Assembly: GCA_036338695.1 (NCBI GenBank)
Contig: JAYZBQ010000076.1
Coordinates: forward strand, 930-64,929
From: Myxococcota bacterium
GTDB taxonomy: Bacteria; Myxococcota; UBA4151
DNA length: 64,000 nucleotides
Direction: 5' to 3'
The position numbers were made by a program, and so were the translations under genes. Under the pieces are notes generated by a model that was not told where the DNA came from, made no database searches, and was given only the letters and a program-made list of their open reading frames with translations. Shown one piece after another: positions 9,324-18,885 of this stretch. The first letter of the stretch is position 1. Each line of letters opens with the position of its first letter.

Positions 9324-10246
9324 GCGACGATTACAGCGACGAGACACGCATCCTCTCGACGGCGGAGTTCCGCATCGATGACCTCGTTGGAAAACCGGGG
9401 GAGCGCAGCGCGGTCTTGAGCGTTTTGCGGGGGCGACGGCGCGGCGCGACCTTTCAGATCGGCGGTGCGACCACCGTCCTTGGACGCGGCGAGCGCGCCG
9501 AGATCCGGCTCGATGACGACGGCGTCAGCAGGCGCCACGCTGAGCTCGTTCGGCTCGACGACGGCGCGTTGCAGTTGCGCGATTTGGGCAGCACCAACGG
9601 AACTTTTGTCAACGGCGAGCGGGTCGCCGAGCGCGTGCTCGAAGACGACGACCGCGTCGCGCTCGGGACGACCACTTTGCTCAAGTTTGAGCTGCACGAT
9701 GCCATGGAGATCAAGCTCAAGGCAGAGATGTATCAAAAGGCGACGCGCGATCAGCTCACAGGGATGTTCAACCGTCGCTATTGCTTCGAGCGTCTTCGAG
9801 AGGAATTCAGCTTCGCGCAGCGACACGGTCAGCCGCTCTCCGTGGTGATGTTCGACGTCGATCACTTCAAGCAGGTGAACGATACCTACGGCCACGCGGC
9901 GGGCGACGCCGTCCTCCAGCGCATCGGGCGGGTGGTCATGGAGCTGGTCCGCAACGAGGACGTGGTCTGCCGTTATGGCGGCGAAGAGTTCGTCTGTATT
10001 TTGCGCGGGCTGACGCTCGATCAAGGGCAGCTGTTCGCTGACCGCGTCCGGCGGACGATCGAGGCGCAGGTGATCGCGAGCGGTGAGCACGTCCTGCGCG
10101 TGACGGTATCGCTCGGCGTCGCGGCGTTGCGAGGGATGAATTTCTCCAACCCCGAAGAGATGATCAACGAAGCTGACGCCTACCTCTACGTCGCTAAAGA
10201 GGGCGGTCGAAATCAGGTCGCCTCGGCGCTCACCGCCACCTCATGA
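9320..10246 (+). CDS. FHA domain-containing diguanylate cyclase (GGDEF)
   Basis: N-terminal FHA (ATFQIGGATTVLGRGERAEIRLDDDGVSRRHAEL...GSTNGTFVNGERV). C-terminal GGDEF with intact RYGGEEF active-site motif. Overlaps plsY and dnaE by 4 nt each. Confidence 0.85.
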   Translation: MSDDYSDETRILSTAEFRIDDLVGKPGERSAVLSVLRGRRRGATFQIGGATTVLGRGERAEIRLDDDGVSRRHAELVRLDDGALQLRDLGSTNGTFVNGERVAERVLEDDDRVALGTTTLLKFELHDAMEIKLKAEMYQKATRDQLTGMFNRRYCFERLREEFSFAQRHGQPLSVVMFDVDHFKQVNDTYGHAAGDAVLQRIGRVVMELVRNEDVVCRYGGEEFVCILRGLTLDQGQLFADRVRRTIEAQVIASGEHVLRVTVSLGVAALRGMNFSNPEEMINEADAYLYVAKEGGRNQVASALTATS

Positions 10247-13200
10247 GTTTTGTCCACCTCAACGTCAAAACAGGCTTCTCGTTTCTTGAGGGGGCGCTCC
10301 CGCTCGAGCAGCTGTGTGACCGGGTTAAGGCGCTCGGGATGGACGCCGTTGCGGTCACCGATAAAGGGAACCTACACGGCGCCTACGAGTTCTATAAGCG
10401 AGCGAAAAAATCGGGTGTTAACCCGATCTTAGGGAGTGAGCTTCAGCTGCTTCCGGAGGGTGTGGCGATCGATGATCGCTCGACCCGCCATGACACCTAT
10501 GCGCTGACCGTGCTGGCGCGTAACGATACGGGCTGGCGCAACCTCAAAGAGCTCGTCTCCAAAGCCTCCCTTCAGGGCTACTATTACGTGCCGCGGATCG
10601 ACTGGGCGACGCTCAAAGAGCACGCCGAGGGTCTGATCGTGCTGTCCGGTGGTTTGGGGGGGATCATCTCGCGCACCTGGCATGGCTGGCACGGGCCGCG
10701 GTCGAAGCGGCGCCCCTCTTCAAAGCGCTTTGGCGCGCAAGCTGCTGCCGCAGCTCAGAAGCTCGCTGCGCTCTTTGATCCCGGTGACTTCTATCTCGAG
10801 TTTCAGGACACAGGGCTCCCCGAGGAGCCAGCCTACAATGAGTTTTTGCTCTCACTCGTCAACGAGCTTGGTCTACCGGGGGTGGCGACGAACAATTGTC
10901 ATTACCTGGACCAAGATGACGCGGAGGCGCATCGCTATTTGATGTGCATCCAGTACCGGACCACCATCGACAAGTTTGATGGCCCTGAGGTGAGCGGGCG
11001 GTACCTCAAAGATGATGACTCGATGCGCCGTGGTTGGTTTGCCGATCACCCCGAGCTCCTCGAAGCCAGCGGGCAGATCGCGCAGCGTTGTTCGGTGTCG
11101 ATGGAGCTCGGCGTCAATTACCTGCCGCCGTTTCCCTGCGCCGACGGTCGTAACGAGGAGGAGGAGCTGCGCCACAGCTCGCTCGAAGGCCTCGAGAAGC
11201 GGTTCGCTGAGCTCGAGGAGACAGGCGCCTACGCCTATGACAAGGCTGTGTATTTTGATCGCCTCGACCACGAGCTTGCGATCATCAATTCCATGGGCTT
11301 TCCAGGCTACTTCTTAATCGTTCAGGATTTTATCAACTGGGCGAAAGACCACTCGATTCGAGTCGGCCCGGGGCGGGGTTCAGGGGCTGGCTCCCTGGTC
11401 GCATGGGCGCTGCGCATCACCGACCTCGACCCGCTGCCGTATGACCTCCTATTTGAGCGCTTCCTCAACCCAGAGCGCGTCTCGATGCCCGACTTCGACG
11501 TCGACTTCTGCCAGGAGCGACGCGGCGAGGTGATCCAGTACGTCACCGAAAAGTACGGCGCTGATCGGGTCGGTCAGATTGCGACCTTTGCGCGCCTTGG
11601 CGGCAAGTCGGTGATCAAAGATGTCGCCTCGGTGCTCGATATGCCCTTTGCGCAGATCAACGAGATGACCCGTAATATTCCCGCGTTTCATGAGGGGTTA
11701 CCGGTGACGTTGACCCCGAAAATGCGTGACGTCGACGGCGTCTCGATCGTCGATGGGCGGCTTGTCGGGGATGCGAACAAGGTCGCGGACGCAAGGAAGT
11801 CATGGGGCCTTTTTGAGGTCTCGAGCGAGCTGCTCGAGCAGCTCAAAGCGGGCGGTAAGCTCAAGAAAGTGTTCGATATTTCGACGCGGCTTGAGGGGCT
11901 CTATCGCCAAGCCGGTACGCACGCAGGCGGGGTGCTGATCGGGCGCGACGTCCTCACCGAATACACGCCGGTTTTTTCAACCTCGAGCGGGGGCCAGGCG
12001 GCTCAGTTCAACATGGAGGGCGTTGAGGACGTCGGCTTGGTCAAGTTCGACTTCCTCGGGCTCAAAAACCTGGACATCATCACCTACGCAGAGGACCTGG
12101 TCAACGAGGAGGTCGAGCGAGCCAATTCAGGCGATGAAGCGCAGCGGGCGCAGCTGATCAAGCGCTTCCCGCATCTGCGAGGGTGCGACCCGAAGGAGCC
12201 CTTGCCCAAGCTCGACGTCGACCTCGTCCCGCTCGACCACGTCGAGCCCTACCAGCTGATCTCTTCAGGGGACACGAACGGTATTTTCCAGCTCGAGTCG
12301 GACGGCATGAAGTCGATGTTGGTCGAGCTCAAGCCTGACTGCTTTGAAGACATCGTCGCCGCCGTTGCGCTCTATCGACCCGGTCCGATGGATCAGATCC
12401 CAGACTACATCAAACGCAAGCACGGGCAGCTCGCCATCGAGTATCCGCACCCAGCCCTCGCAGAGGTTCTCAAGCCCACTTATGGGCATATGGTGTACCA
12501 AGAGCAGGTGATGCAAGCAGCGCAAATTATGGGCGGTTATACTCTTGGGAGCGCCGATATTTTGCGGCGTGCGATGGGCAAGAAGAAGCGCGAGGAGATG
12601 GAGAAGCAGCGGCTGATTTTTACGAAGGGCGCTGACGAGCTTCACAACCTCCCGAAAGCGAAAGCCGAAAAGATCTTCGACGTGATGGAGAAGTTCGCTG
12701 GCTACGGCTTTAACAAGAGCCACGCTGCCGCTTATGCGAAGATCGCCTACCAGACCGCCTATCTCAAGCGGTTCCATCCAGTGGCTTTTTACTGCGCTCA
12801 GGTGACCGTGCATCGCAACAGCACCGAGACGGTGACCAAGTACCTCCGAGAAGCGGGGGATAAAGGCATCACCATCTTGCCCCCGTGCGTCAACGCTTCC
12901 GCCTACGGCTTTCGACCGGAGGGGCAGCAGGCGATCCGATTTGGTCTGTGCGCGGTCAAGGGGGTCGGCGACGCCGTATTGACCCGTTTGTTCGCCGAGC
13001 AAAGCGCCGATAAGCCGTTTGTTGGCTTGCTTGAACTGGTCGAGCGCTGCGGTCCACGAGAGCTGCCGCGCAAGGCGGTCGAGCTCTTGATCGACGCCGG
13101 CGCGCTCGACTTTTGCGGCGCGTCGAGGCGACGCCTGATCAGTAGCCTCGACATGGTCTATCAGCGCGCAGGCAACACCTGCTCGGATCGTGAAGCGGGT

Positions 13201-14001
13201 CAGTTCAGCTTTTTCGAGATGGGGACGCTGGATGGTGGGACGGCTTCAGACCCAAGTGAGTGCTTGATCGAGACCCAGATTGAGTGGCCTGACCGGCTCC
13301 GATTGGCGCGTGAGCGGGCTGTGCTCGGGTTCTTCCTGTCTGGGCATCCCACGGCGCTGTACACGCGCGCATTCCGGAGCTTAACGACCTGCGCCTGCGG
13401 ACGCCTCGCCGAGCTCTGGGAGCCCGAGAAGGGGTGGGGAAACAAGCGCAAGACCGCAACCATCGGTGGGGTCATCGTCGGCCGGGACATTAAGAACATC
13501 GCAACGTACAGCGGCGGTCCCAAGGAAGACACCGTGATCCCACGGCGTGCGTTTTTGACGGTTGAGGACACCTCTGGGCAGGTCGAGGTCCGCCTCGAGC
13601 CCGAGATTTTTAGCCAGTTTGAGGAGCTGATCAAATCCGATGAACCGCTCGTCTTTTCCGGCAACCTTATGGCCCGTAAGTCGGGCGGCGACGAGGGCGA
13701 AGAGCAGCTCGAGGTGGGCTTGCGCGCCAACCAAGTGCACCGTGCATTTGAGGTTTTTGAGCAGCAGCGCGTCCCGCTCGTGGTTCACCTCGACCTCACG
13801 CGTCATACACCCACGGACATCGAAGGCCTTCGAACCCTTTGCGGTCGGTTTCCTGGAGGGCTCCCGCCGGAGTTTCGCGTCGTCGGTGACCACAGCCGGT
13901 TGCGTCTGCTCGCGGCGCGCAAGCTGAGCGTCGCCTGCGACTTTGAGCTGATGGACGGTGTCGAGGAGTTGCTCGGCAAAGGGTCGCTTAGGCTCGGTTA
14001 G
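10243..14001 (+). CDS. dnaE: DNA polymerase III alpha subunit DnaE
   Basis: 1252 aa with a PHP domain at the N-terminus (MSFVHLNVKTGFSFLEGA), the polymerase core (GPGRGSGAGSLVAWALRITDLDP...FDVDFC) and an OB fold. Confidence 0.95.
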   Translation: MSFVHLNVKTGFSFLEGALPLEQLCDRVKALGMDAVAVTDKGNLHGAYEFYKRAKKSGVNPILGSELQLLPEGVAIDDRSTRHDTYALTVLARNDTGWRNLKELVSKASLQGYYYVPRIDWATLKEHAEGLIVLSGGLGGIISRTWHGWHGPRSKRRPSSKRFGAQAAAAAQKLAALFDPGDFYLEFQDTGLPEEPAYNEFLLSLVNELGLPGVATNNCHYLDQDDAEAHRYLMCIQYRTTIDKFDGPEVSGRYLKDDDSMRRGWFADHPELLEASGQIAQRCSVSMELGVNYLPPFPCADGRNEEEELRHSSLEGLEKRFAELEETGAYAYDKAVYFDRLDHELAIINSMGFPGYFLIVQDFINWAKDHSIRVGPGRGSGAGSLVAWALRITDLDPLPYDLLFERFLNPERVSMPDFDVDFCQERRGEVIQYVTEKYGADRVGQIATFARLGGKSVIKDVASVLDMPFAQINEMTRNIPAFHEGLPVTLTPKMRDVDGVSIVDGRLVGDANKVADARKSWGLFEVSSELLEQLKAGGKLKKVFDISTRLEGLYRQAGTHAGGVLIGRDVLTEYTPVFSTSSGGQAAQFNMEGVEDVGLVKFDFLGLKNLDIITYAEDLVNEEVERANSGDEAQRAQLIKRFPHLRGCDPKEPLPKLDVDLVPLDHVEPYQLISSGDTNGIFQLESDGMKSMLVELKPDCFEDIVAAVALYRPGPMDQIPDYIKRKHGQLAIEYPHPALAEVLKPTYGHMVYQEQVMQAAQIMGGYTLGSADILRRAMGKKKREEMEKQRLIFTKGADELHNLPKAKAEKIFDVMEKFAGYGFNKSHAAAYAKIAYQTAYLKRFHPVAFYCAQVTVHRNSTETVTKYLREAGDKGITILPPCVNASAYGFRPEGQQAIRFGLCAVKGVGDAVLTRLFAEQSADKPFVGLLELVERCGPRELPRKAVELLIDAGALDFCGASRRRLISSLDMVYQRAGNTCSDREAGQFSFFEMGTLDGGTASDPSECLIETQIEWPDRLRLARERAVLGFFLSGHPTALYTRAFRSLTTCACGRLAELWEPEKGWGNKRKTATIGGVIVGRDIKNIATYSGGPKEDTVIPRRAFLTVEDTSGQVEVRLEPEIFSQFEELIKSDEPLVFSGNLMARKSGGDEGEEQLEVGLRANQVHRAFEVFEQQRVPLVVHLDLTRHTPTDIEGLRTLCGRFPGGLPPEFRVVGDHSRLRLLAARKLSVACDFELMDGVEELLGKGSLRLG

Positions 14002-14082
14002 TTATCGTATCGAGTCGATAAATTGATGCGCCGGCCGCTGCGCGGAGCGCGCGCGCATGGTACGCTCACGTCGCGAGGATGT

Positions 14083-17000
14083 ATGCGACGCTCGACATGG
14101 GTTCTAGTCCTGACGGCAGCCTGCCTGCCCGAGATGCCAGACCAGCCGGTTCAAGATGCCGGCGCGGTGATCGCCCCCTTTGACGCCGGCCGGACGGTTG
14201 CGCCGCAGCCTCCGCCTGTGCCCGACGCGGGGCCGCGAGACGTCGGCTTCGGTGAGCTCAGTCTGATCGGGTTGACCCCCAACGTTGGGCCGGCGACCGG
14301 CGGCACGCGCGTGCAACTGCGCGGCGAGGGCTTTCTACCGGATACGGTGGTCGAGCTCGGCGGTCAGCCGGTACGCGATGTCCTGGTGGTCTCGTCGCGG
14401 GCGCTCACGTTCTTTACACCTGCGCTCGAGCCTGGCGTCGCCGACTTGAGGGTGCAGAACGCCTTCGGGACGGCTGAGCTTGAGGCCGCGTTTACAGTGT
14501 TTCAGCCGCTTCAGCCACGTCGGCTGATCCCCTCTGAAGGCCCTCTTGAAGGTGGAGGGGTCGTCCGCTTAGAGGGTGAGGGGCTGTCCGCTGAGACCGT
14601 CGTGTTGATCGGTGGGCAACCACTTCTTGAGGTCCGGATGGAAGCGGGTGATCTCGTCGGAAAACTCCCAGCCGGCGCAGCGCCTGGCGCCGTGGATGTG
14701 CGCATCGCCGATGCGTTTGCGCAGGTGTTCTGGCGAGCCGGGTTTCAGTACCTTGCGCGTCCCTACATCGAGCGGATCGAGCCTCAGCGAGCTCGGCCGG
14801 GTCAAGCGACTGCGCTCGAGATCACAGGGTATGGTCTGTGCCCGGAGGCGACGGTGCGGGTCGGGGCGCAAGCCTGTCGTGCCGTCCAGGTTTCACCTGG
14901 CGCGCTGACCTGCTCGCTCACGACGCAGCAGGCTGAAGGGGCCTATCCGGTCGAGGTGAGCTGCCCGGGCGGTGTGGCGCAGGCGCGGCCGGGTCTGGTG
15001 GTGATGGCGGATGAGGGCGCTCCGGCGCTGCTCGCTGTTCGACCGGACCATGGACCACTGATCGGCGGTGGAACGGCGCTTTTGGTCGGGCGCGGCCTGG
15101 CTGGTCGAGAGCTGGTTTGGGACGGTCAGGTGCTCGTCGCTGCGGCTGAGACCGAGGAGGGTATTGAGCTGGTCGTGCCGATGCGTGAGCGCCCTGGGCG
15201 TGTTGACGTCTCGGTTGAGGGGGCGGGCGCGCTCGAAGGCGCTTATCATTACCGTGATGAGCTCATGCTGCGCGGCTTGGAGCCAGCGTCTGGGTCAGCC
15301 TTGGGCGGCACGACCGTCACGCTGTTTGGGCTTGGTTTTTGTGCTGATCCGGTCGTTCAGTTTGATGGCGTTGATCAAGAGATCCTCGAGACCTCAGCGC
15401 AGCAAATCAGGCTGCGGACGCGCCCGCACCGCGGCGGACGCGCTCACGTCCGGGTGCGCTGCGACGACCGCATCGTGAATCGCCATCGCGGCTACCTGTT
15501 CGAGGCGGAGCTTGGGTTTGTGGGGATCAGCCCGGTGCGTGGCGCGATCGCTGGCGGTACCGAAGTGTATGTCGTGGGTCAGGGCTTTGCGCGCGCGGGG
15601 CTCTCGGTCACTCTCGGTGGTCAGGTGATGCCGGAGGTGCGCGTGCTCTCCGATAGCCTTCTGCGCGCCGTGACGCCACCGGGTCAAAGCCTTGGCGCCG
15701 TCGACCTTCGCCTGAACATCGCCCAAGAGCAAGTGCTTGGTGCGGGCGCGTTTACCTACTATGACCCAGGCTTTCGCTATGGAGGAAGCCGCGGCGGAAC
15801 GCCGCAGGGGTCGATGAACGTGACGGTGCTCAACTCCTGGGGGCGTCTTGCGCCGATCGAGGGGGCGCAGGTGGTGGTCGGCGGGAGCAACAGCGAGGAC
15901 CGGATGACGGCGGTGACCGATGCGCGCGGTCAGGCGACCTTGAGCGGTCCGAGCTTGTTCGGGCCGCAGACAGTGACGGTGTACAAAGAGGGCTGCGATC
16001 GAGCGCGCAGCTTGGTCGATGTCGACTCGGCTGACGTCACCTTTTGGCTCGGCTGTATGCCGCCTCCGAGCGAAGGAGAGGGGGGCGGTACGCCGCCGCC
16101 TGCGCCGGAGCCGATGATCGTCTCAGGGCGCATCCTTGGCTTTGATAAGGCGCTCTTTGATCCCGGTCGTCTGGGTCCAAATCAGCGAGCTTTTGCGCAG
16201 GTTCACCTAACACAGAGCTCGCCGACGGGTGGCGGCAGGTGGGTGAACGGACGCGATTTCGTCTTCGAGGACGGCGGCGAATACCAGCTGGTCCTCGCGT
16301 CCGGTCGCTACACACTGGTCGCGGTCGCTGGCATCCACGACAGCCGAACCCAAGAAGTGATCGAGCTGACGCAACTCGGGTTTAGGCGCCAGGTGAGCGG
16401 CCCAGCGGGCGAGCGACTCGTCGACCAAGATATCGTGCTGAACTATCCGATGGACGCCACTTTTGGGGTGAGTCTTGGAGACCGAAGGCAGCCCCTGCCG
16501 TCGCTAGCGGGCGCCGATAGGATGCGGGTACGGGTGTCGCTGGACTTCGGCGGTGAGGGCTATTTTCCGCTCGCCGACGAGATGGCGCGCTCGTCCTTCT
16601 TGCTGCTGCGCGGGTTGCCGCGCGTGCCGGCGGACATGCTCTACATCAGCGGGGGGCTGGTGAGCGGTCAGGGCGGAGCCTCACCGTCGTCGACGATACG
16701 GACCCGCGGCAGCGGTCGGCTTGAGGGGGGGATCACGCTGGGGCCGCTGCTCCCGATCGCCGAGATGATCGCGCCGCGCCAAGACGGTGGCGTCTTGGTG
16801 GATCGGACCTTGCGCTGGAAGTTTGCGAACGGACCTGTTCAGCCCGCCTACGTGCTCATTGATATCGCTGATACACGCGGAAACAGCTGGGAGCTGATGG
16901 TGCGTGGCGGTCAGACCAAGCTGCGTCTGCCGGTGCTGCCGGACGATGAGGCAGGGCTCGGTCAAAGCGGATTGTATTATGCGCAGATCACCGCAGTCGC

Positions 17001-17106
17001 CAACCCGCGGTTTGACTTCGACAACTTCAGCTATCTGGATACCTGGTACGCCAGCTGGCAAGCGCTCAGTGAGCGAGCCATTCAGTTCCGGCTCGGCGCC
17101 CCTTGA
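14083..17106 (+). CDS. Large secreted IPT/TIG-repeat protein (lipoprotein)
   Basis: At least six repeats of the IPT/TIG pattern (GPATGGTRVQLRGEGF, GPLEGGGVVRLEGEGL, GPLIGGGTALLVGRGL, GSALGGTTVTLFGLGF, GAIAGGTEVYVVGQGF). Lipoprotein-like N-terminus MRRSTWVLVLTAAC from the ATG at 14083 (the ORF opens at 14023). C-terminal about 400 aa has no recognisable family. Confidence 0.6.
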   Translation: MRRSTWVLVLTAACLPEMPDQPVQDAGAVIAPFDAGRTVAPQPPPVPDAGPRDVGFGELSLIGLTPNVGPATGGTRVQLRGEGFLPDTVVELGGQPVRDVLVVSSRALTFFTPALEPGVADLRVQNAFGTAELEAAFTVFQPLQPRRLIPSEGPLEGGGVVRLEGEGLSAETVVLIGGQPLLEVRMEAGDLVGKLPAGAAPGAVDVRIADAFAQVFWRAGFQYLARPYIERIEPQRARPGQATALEITGYGLCPEATVRVGAQACRAVQVSPGALTCSLTTQQAEGAYPVEVSCPGGVAQARPGLVVMADEGAPALLAVRPDHGPLIGGGTALLVGRGLAGRELVWDGQVLVAAAETEEGIELVVPMRERPGRVDVSVEGAGALEGAYHYRDELMLRGLEPASGSALGGTTVTLFGLGFCADPVVQFDGVDQEILETSAQQIRLRTRPHRGGRAHVRVRCDDRIVNRHRGYLFEAELGFVGISPVRGAIAGGTEVYVVGQGFARAGLSVTLGGQVMPEVRVLSDSLLRAVTPPGQSLGAVDLRLNIAQEQVLGAGAFTYYDPGFRYGGSRGGTPQGSMNVTVLNSWGRLAPIEGAQVVVGGSNSEDRMTAVTDARGQATLSGPSLFGPQTVTVYKEGCDRARSLVDVDSADVTFWLGCMPPPSEGEGGGTPPPAPEPMIVSGRILGFDKALFDPGRLGPNQRAFAQVHLTQSSPTGGGRWVNGRDFVFEDGGEYQLVLASGRYTLVAVAGIHDSRTQEVIELTQLGFRRQVSGPAGERLVDQDIVLNYPMDATFGVSLGDRRQPLPSLAGADRMRVRVSLDFGGEGYFPLADEMARSSFLLLRGLPRVPADMLYISGGLVSGQGGASPSSTIRTRGSGRLEGGITLGPLLPIAEMIAPRQDGGVLVDRTLRWKFANGPVQPAYVLIDIADTRGNSWELMVRGGQTKLRLPVLPDDEAGLGQSGLYYAQITAVANPRFDFDNFSYLDTWYASWQALSERAIQFRLGAP

Positions 17107-18062
17107 GCTGCGGCGTCAAGGCGCCGCTGAGCTAAGGTGATGTACTGCGCTTCGAGCTCAAAACCGAGGTAGTTGCGACCGGTCTCGACCGCCGCCACAC
17201 CGGTTGATCCGGCGCCAAAGAAGGGGTCAAGGACCACGTCGTCTTGGTACGTGTAGAGCTCGATGAGGCGCTTGGGCAAGGCGACCGGAAAGGGCGCAGG
17301 GTGACCCACACGCTTTGCGCTTTCGGGGTTGATATCCCAGACGTCTAAAGTCGCCGCCATGAACTCTTCTTTGGAGATCGTGTTGTGGTGCGGCAGCCCA
17401 CGCTTGGCTCGTTTTTTCCGGCTAAGCGCCCTGTCAAATCGCCCTTTTGAGGCGATGACGACCCGCTCGGTGGTGTCCCTTAGGACCGGGTTCGCAGCGC
17501 TTTGAAACGAGCCCCATGCGCAGGAACCTGAAGCCCCGGCAGCCTTTCTCCAGAGCACCTCGCCTCGCAGCAAGAGCTTGAGCTCATCTTGTAGGATGCG
17601 CGTCACGTCCGCGCTCAAGCTTCGATAGGGCTTACGCCCCAGATTTGCGATGTTGACGGCGATGCGCCCGCCGGGCTCAAGGACGCGCGCGCACTCCGCA
17701 AAGACGTCACGTAGCAGCTTGAGATAGGCTAGATAGGTCGCTGGTACGGCGCCTTCGCCCAGCGCCATCTCGTACTCCTTGCCGACGAAATAGGGCGGAG
17801 AGGTCACCACCAACGCCACCGAGTTGTCCGCCAGCTGGCTCATGTCTCGCGCGTCAGCGTGCAGGATCTGGTTCAGCACGGGCGAAGGGTTGATGGTCTC
17901 GTCGCTGGAGAGAACGGGCGCTCGAAAACGTTCATAGAAAGCAGACGCATCGTGCCCTTCGCGTTTGCCGGTACCGAACGCTTTGGTCGCTGTGCTGCGA
18001 CGTTTGCTCCCGCTCATCGGTTCAAGCCTCCCGGTCGCCTCATAAGGGCGCAATTTCGTCAT
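17082..18062 (-). CDS. Beta-class DNA methyltransferase (N4-cytosine or N6-adenine)
   Basis: Motif IV VVTSPPYFVGKEYE precedes motif I DPFFGAGSTGVAAVETGRNYLGFELE, which is the beta-class order. SPPY is more common in N4C enzymes. Alternative start at the ATG at 18017. Confidence 0.8.
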   Translation of the reverse strand: MTKLRPYEATGRLEPMSGSKRRSTATKAFGTGKREGHDASAFYERFRAPVLSSDETINPSPVLNQILHADARDMSQLADNSVALVVTSPPYFVGKEYEMALGEGAVPATYLAYLKLLRDVFAECARVLEPGGRIAVNIANLGRKPYRSLSADVTRILQDELKLLLRGEVLWRKAAGASGSCAWGSFQSAANPVLRDTTERVVIASKGRFDRALSRKKRAKRGLPHHNTISKEEFMAATLDVWDINPESAKRVGHPAPFPVALPKRLIELYTYQDDVVLDPFFGAGSTGVAAVETGRNYLGFELEAQYITLAQRRLDAAAQGAPSRN

Positions 18063-18885
18063 CGCCGACCTGGATCGTCATCGGTCCGATACCCAAGCTC
18101 ACGCCGCCCTTCTCATGGCGTTTCTCGACGCGGCCGATCCGCCCAGCGAACAAGCCCGCCGTGATCCGTACTCGGTCGCCTTCTTGAAACCGCGACTTCG
18201 CCGACTCTTTACGCTCTGCTTTGTGCTCGGCGAGCGCGCCGCACAGATCATTCTCATGCGTCCACTTGAGCGCCTTGAAGAGCTCGCTGAGCCGAGCCAG
18301 GTCACCGCGGATGGTGTCAGGCAAGGCCTCTGAGTAGACGCTCGCTCGCCACCAGACGCACCAGCCGGCGCCGTAGTCCTCGGGCAAGACCTGATCAGCC
18401 CGCTCGCCTTCGGCTTGCGGTTCTTGGATCTGGCGACCGGCCACCGCATCAGCCAGCGGCTCGAGCAGCTCTTTGAGCGCCTCTCGGCCTTCGAAGGCCT
18501 CGAGAAAGGCCACGACATTTCGCCCATCGAGCTTCGCCTTACGGTGGAGGATAAGCCCCCACGTGAGCCCGCTTTGATCAATCTGAACGAAGCGGCTCAG
18601 GTGTTCGTGAAAGGGCAGGACGTCGAGCGCGAAGGGGCTGTTGAGGTCGATCTGAGCGCGCTGACCGTCGGCGCGGGTCGCTTGTGAGAACAGCACCATA
18701 TTCTTCACTTGGCGACGATTCGCGAGGCAGGGCTCCGCAGGGGTGCAGTCCCACTCGCCCTCGAGCGTTTGAGCGAATTCGAGCATGGCGGCTCGAAGAC
18801 TGCGCCGCTCAAGGGTGTAGGCTGCGCTGCGCTGCTTGTTGGGCGCAAACAGCGCCACGTGGTCCTCGCTCGGCTGCCAGGTCAT
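18040..18885 (-). CDS. Hypothetical protein with KOW-like C-terminal motif (GDRVRITAGLFAGRIGRVE), no recognised family
   Basis: 281 aa with normal coding GC. Its ATG overlaps the mltF stop as ATGA and its 3' end overlaps the methyltransferase start by 23 nt. The C-terminal 50 aa resemble a KOW/Tudor-like small barrel. Confidence 0.4.
   Translation of the reverse strand: MTWQPSEDHVALFAPNKQRSAAYTLERRSLRAAMLEFAQTLEGEWDCTPAEPCLANRRQVKNMVLFSQATRADGQRAQIDLNSPFALDVLPFHEHLSRFVQIDQSGLTWGLILHRKAKLDGRNVVAFLEAFEGREALKELLEPLADAVAGRQIQEPQAEGERADQVLPEDYGAGWCVWWRASVYSEALPDTIRGDLARLSELFKALKWTHENDLCGALAEHKAERKESAKSRFQEGDRVRITAGLFAGRIGRVEKRHEKGGVSLGIGPMTIQVGDDEIAPL

Noticed and set aside
17082-18885. Methyltransferase plus partner as a horizontally transferred restriction-modification island
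   Set aside because: GC content and codon usage are native-like. There are no flanking repeats, integrase or tRNA, and the genes are translationally coupled to mltF. Kept as a finding, but not called a mobile element.
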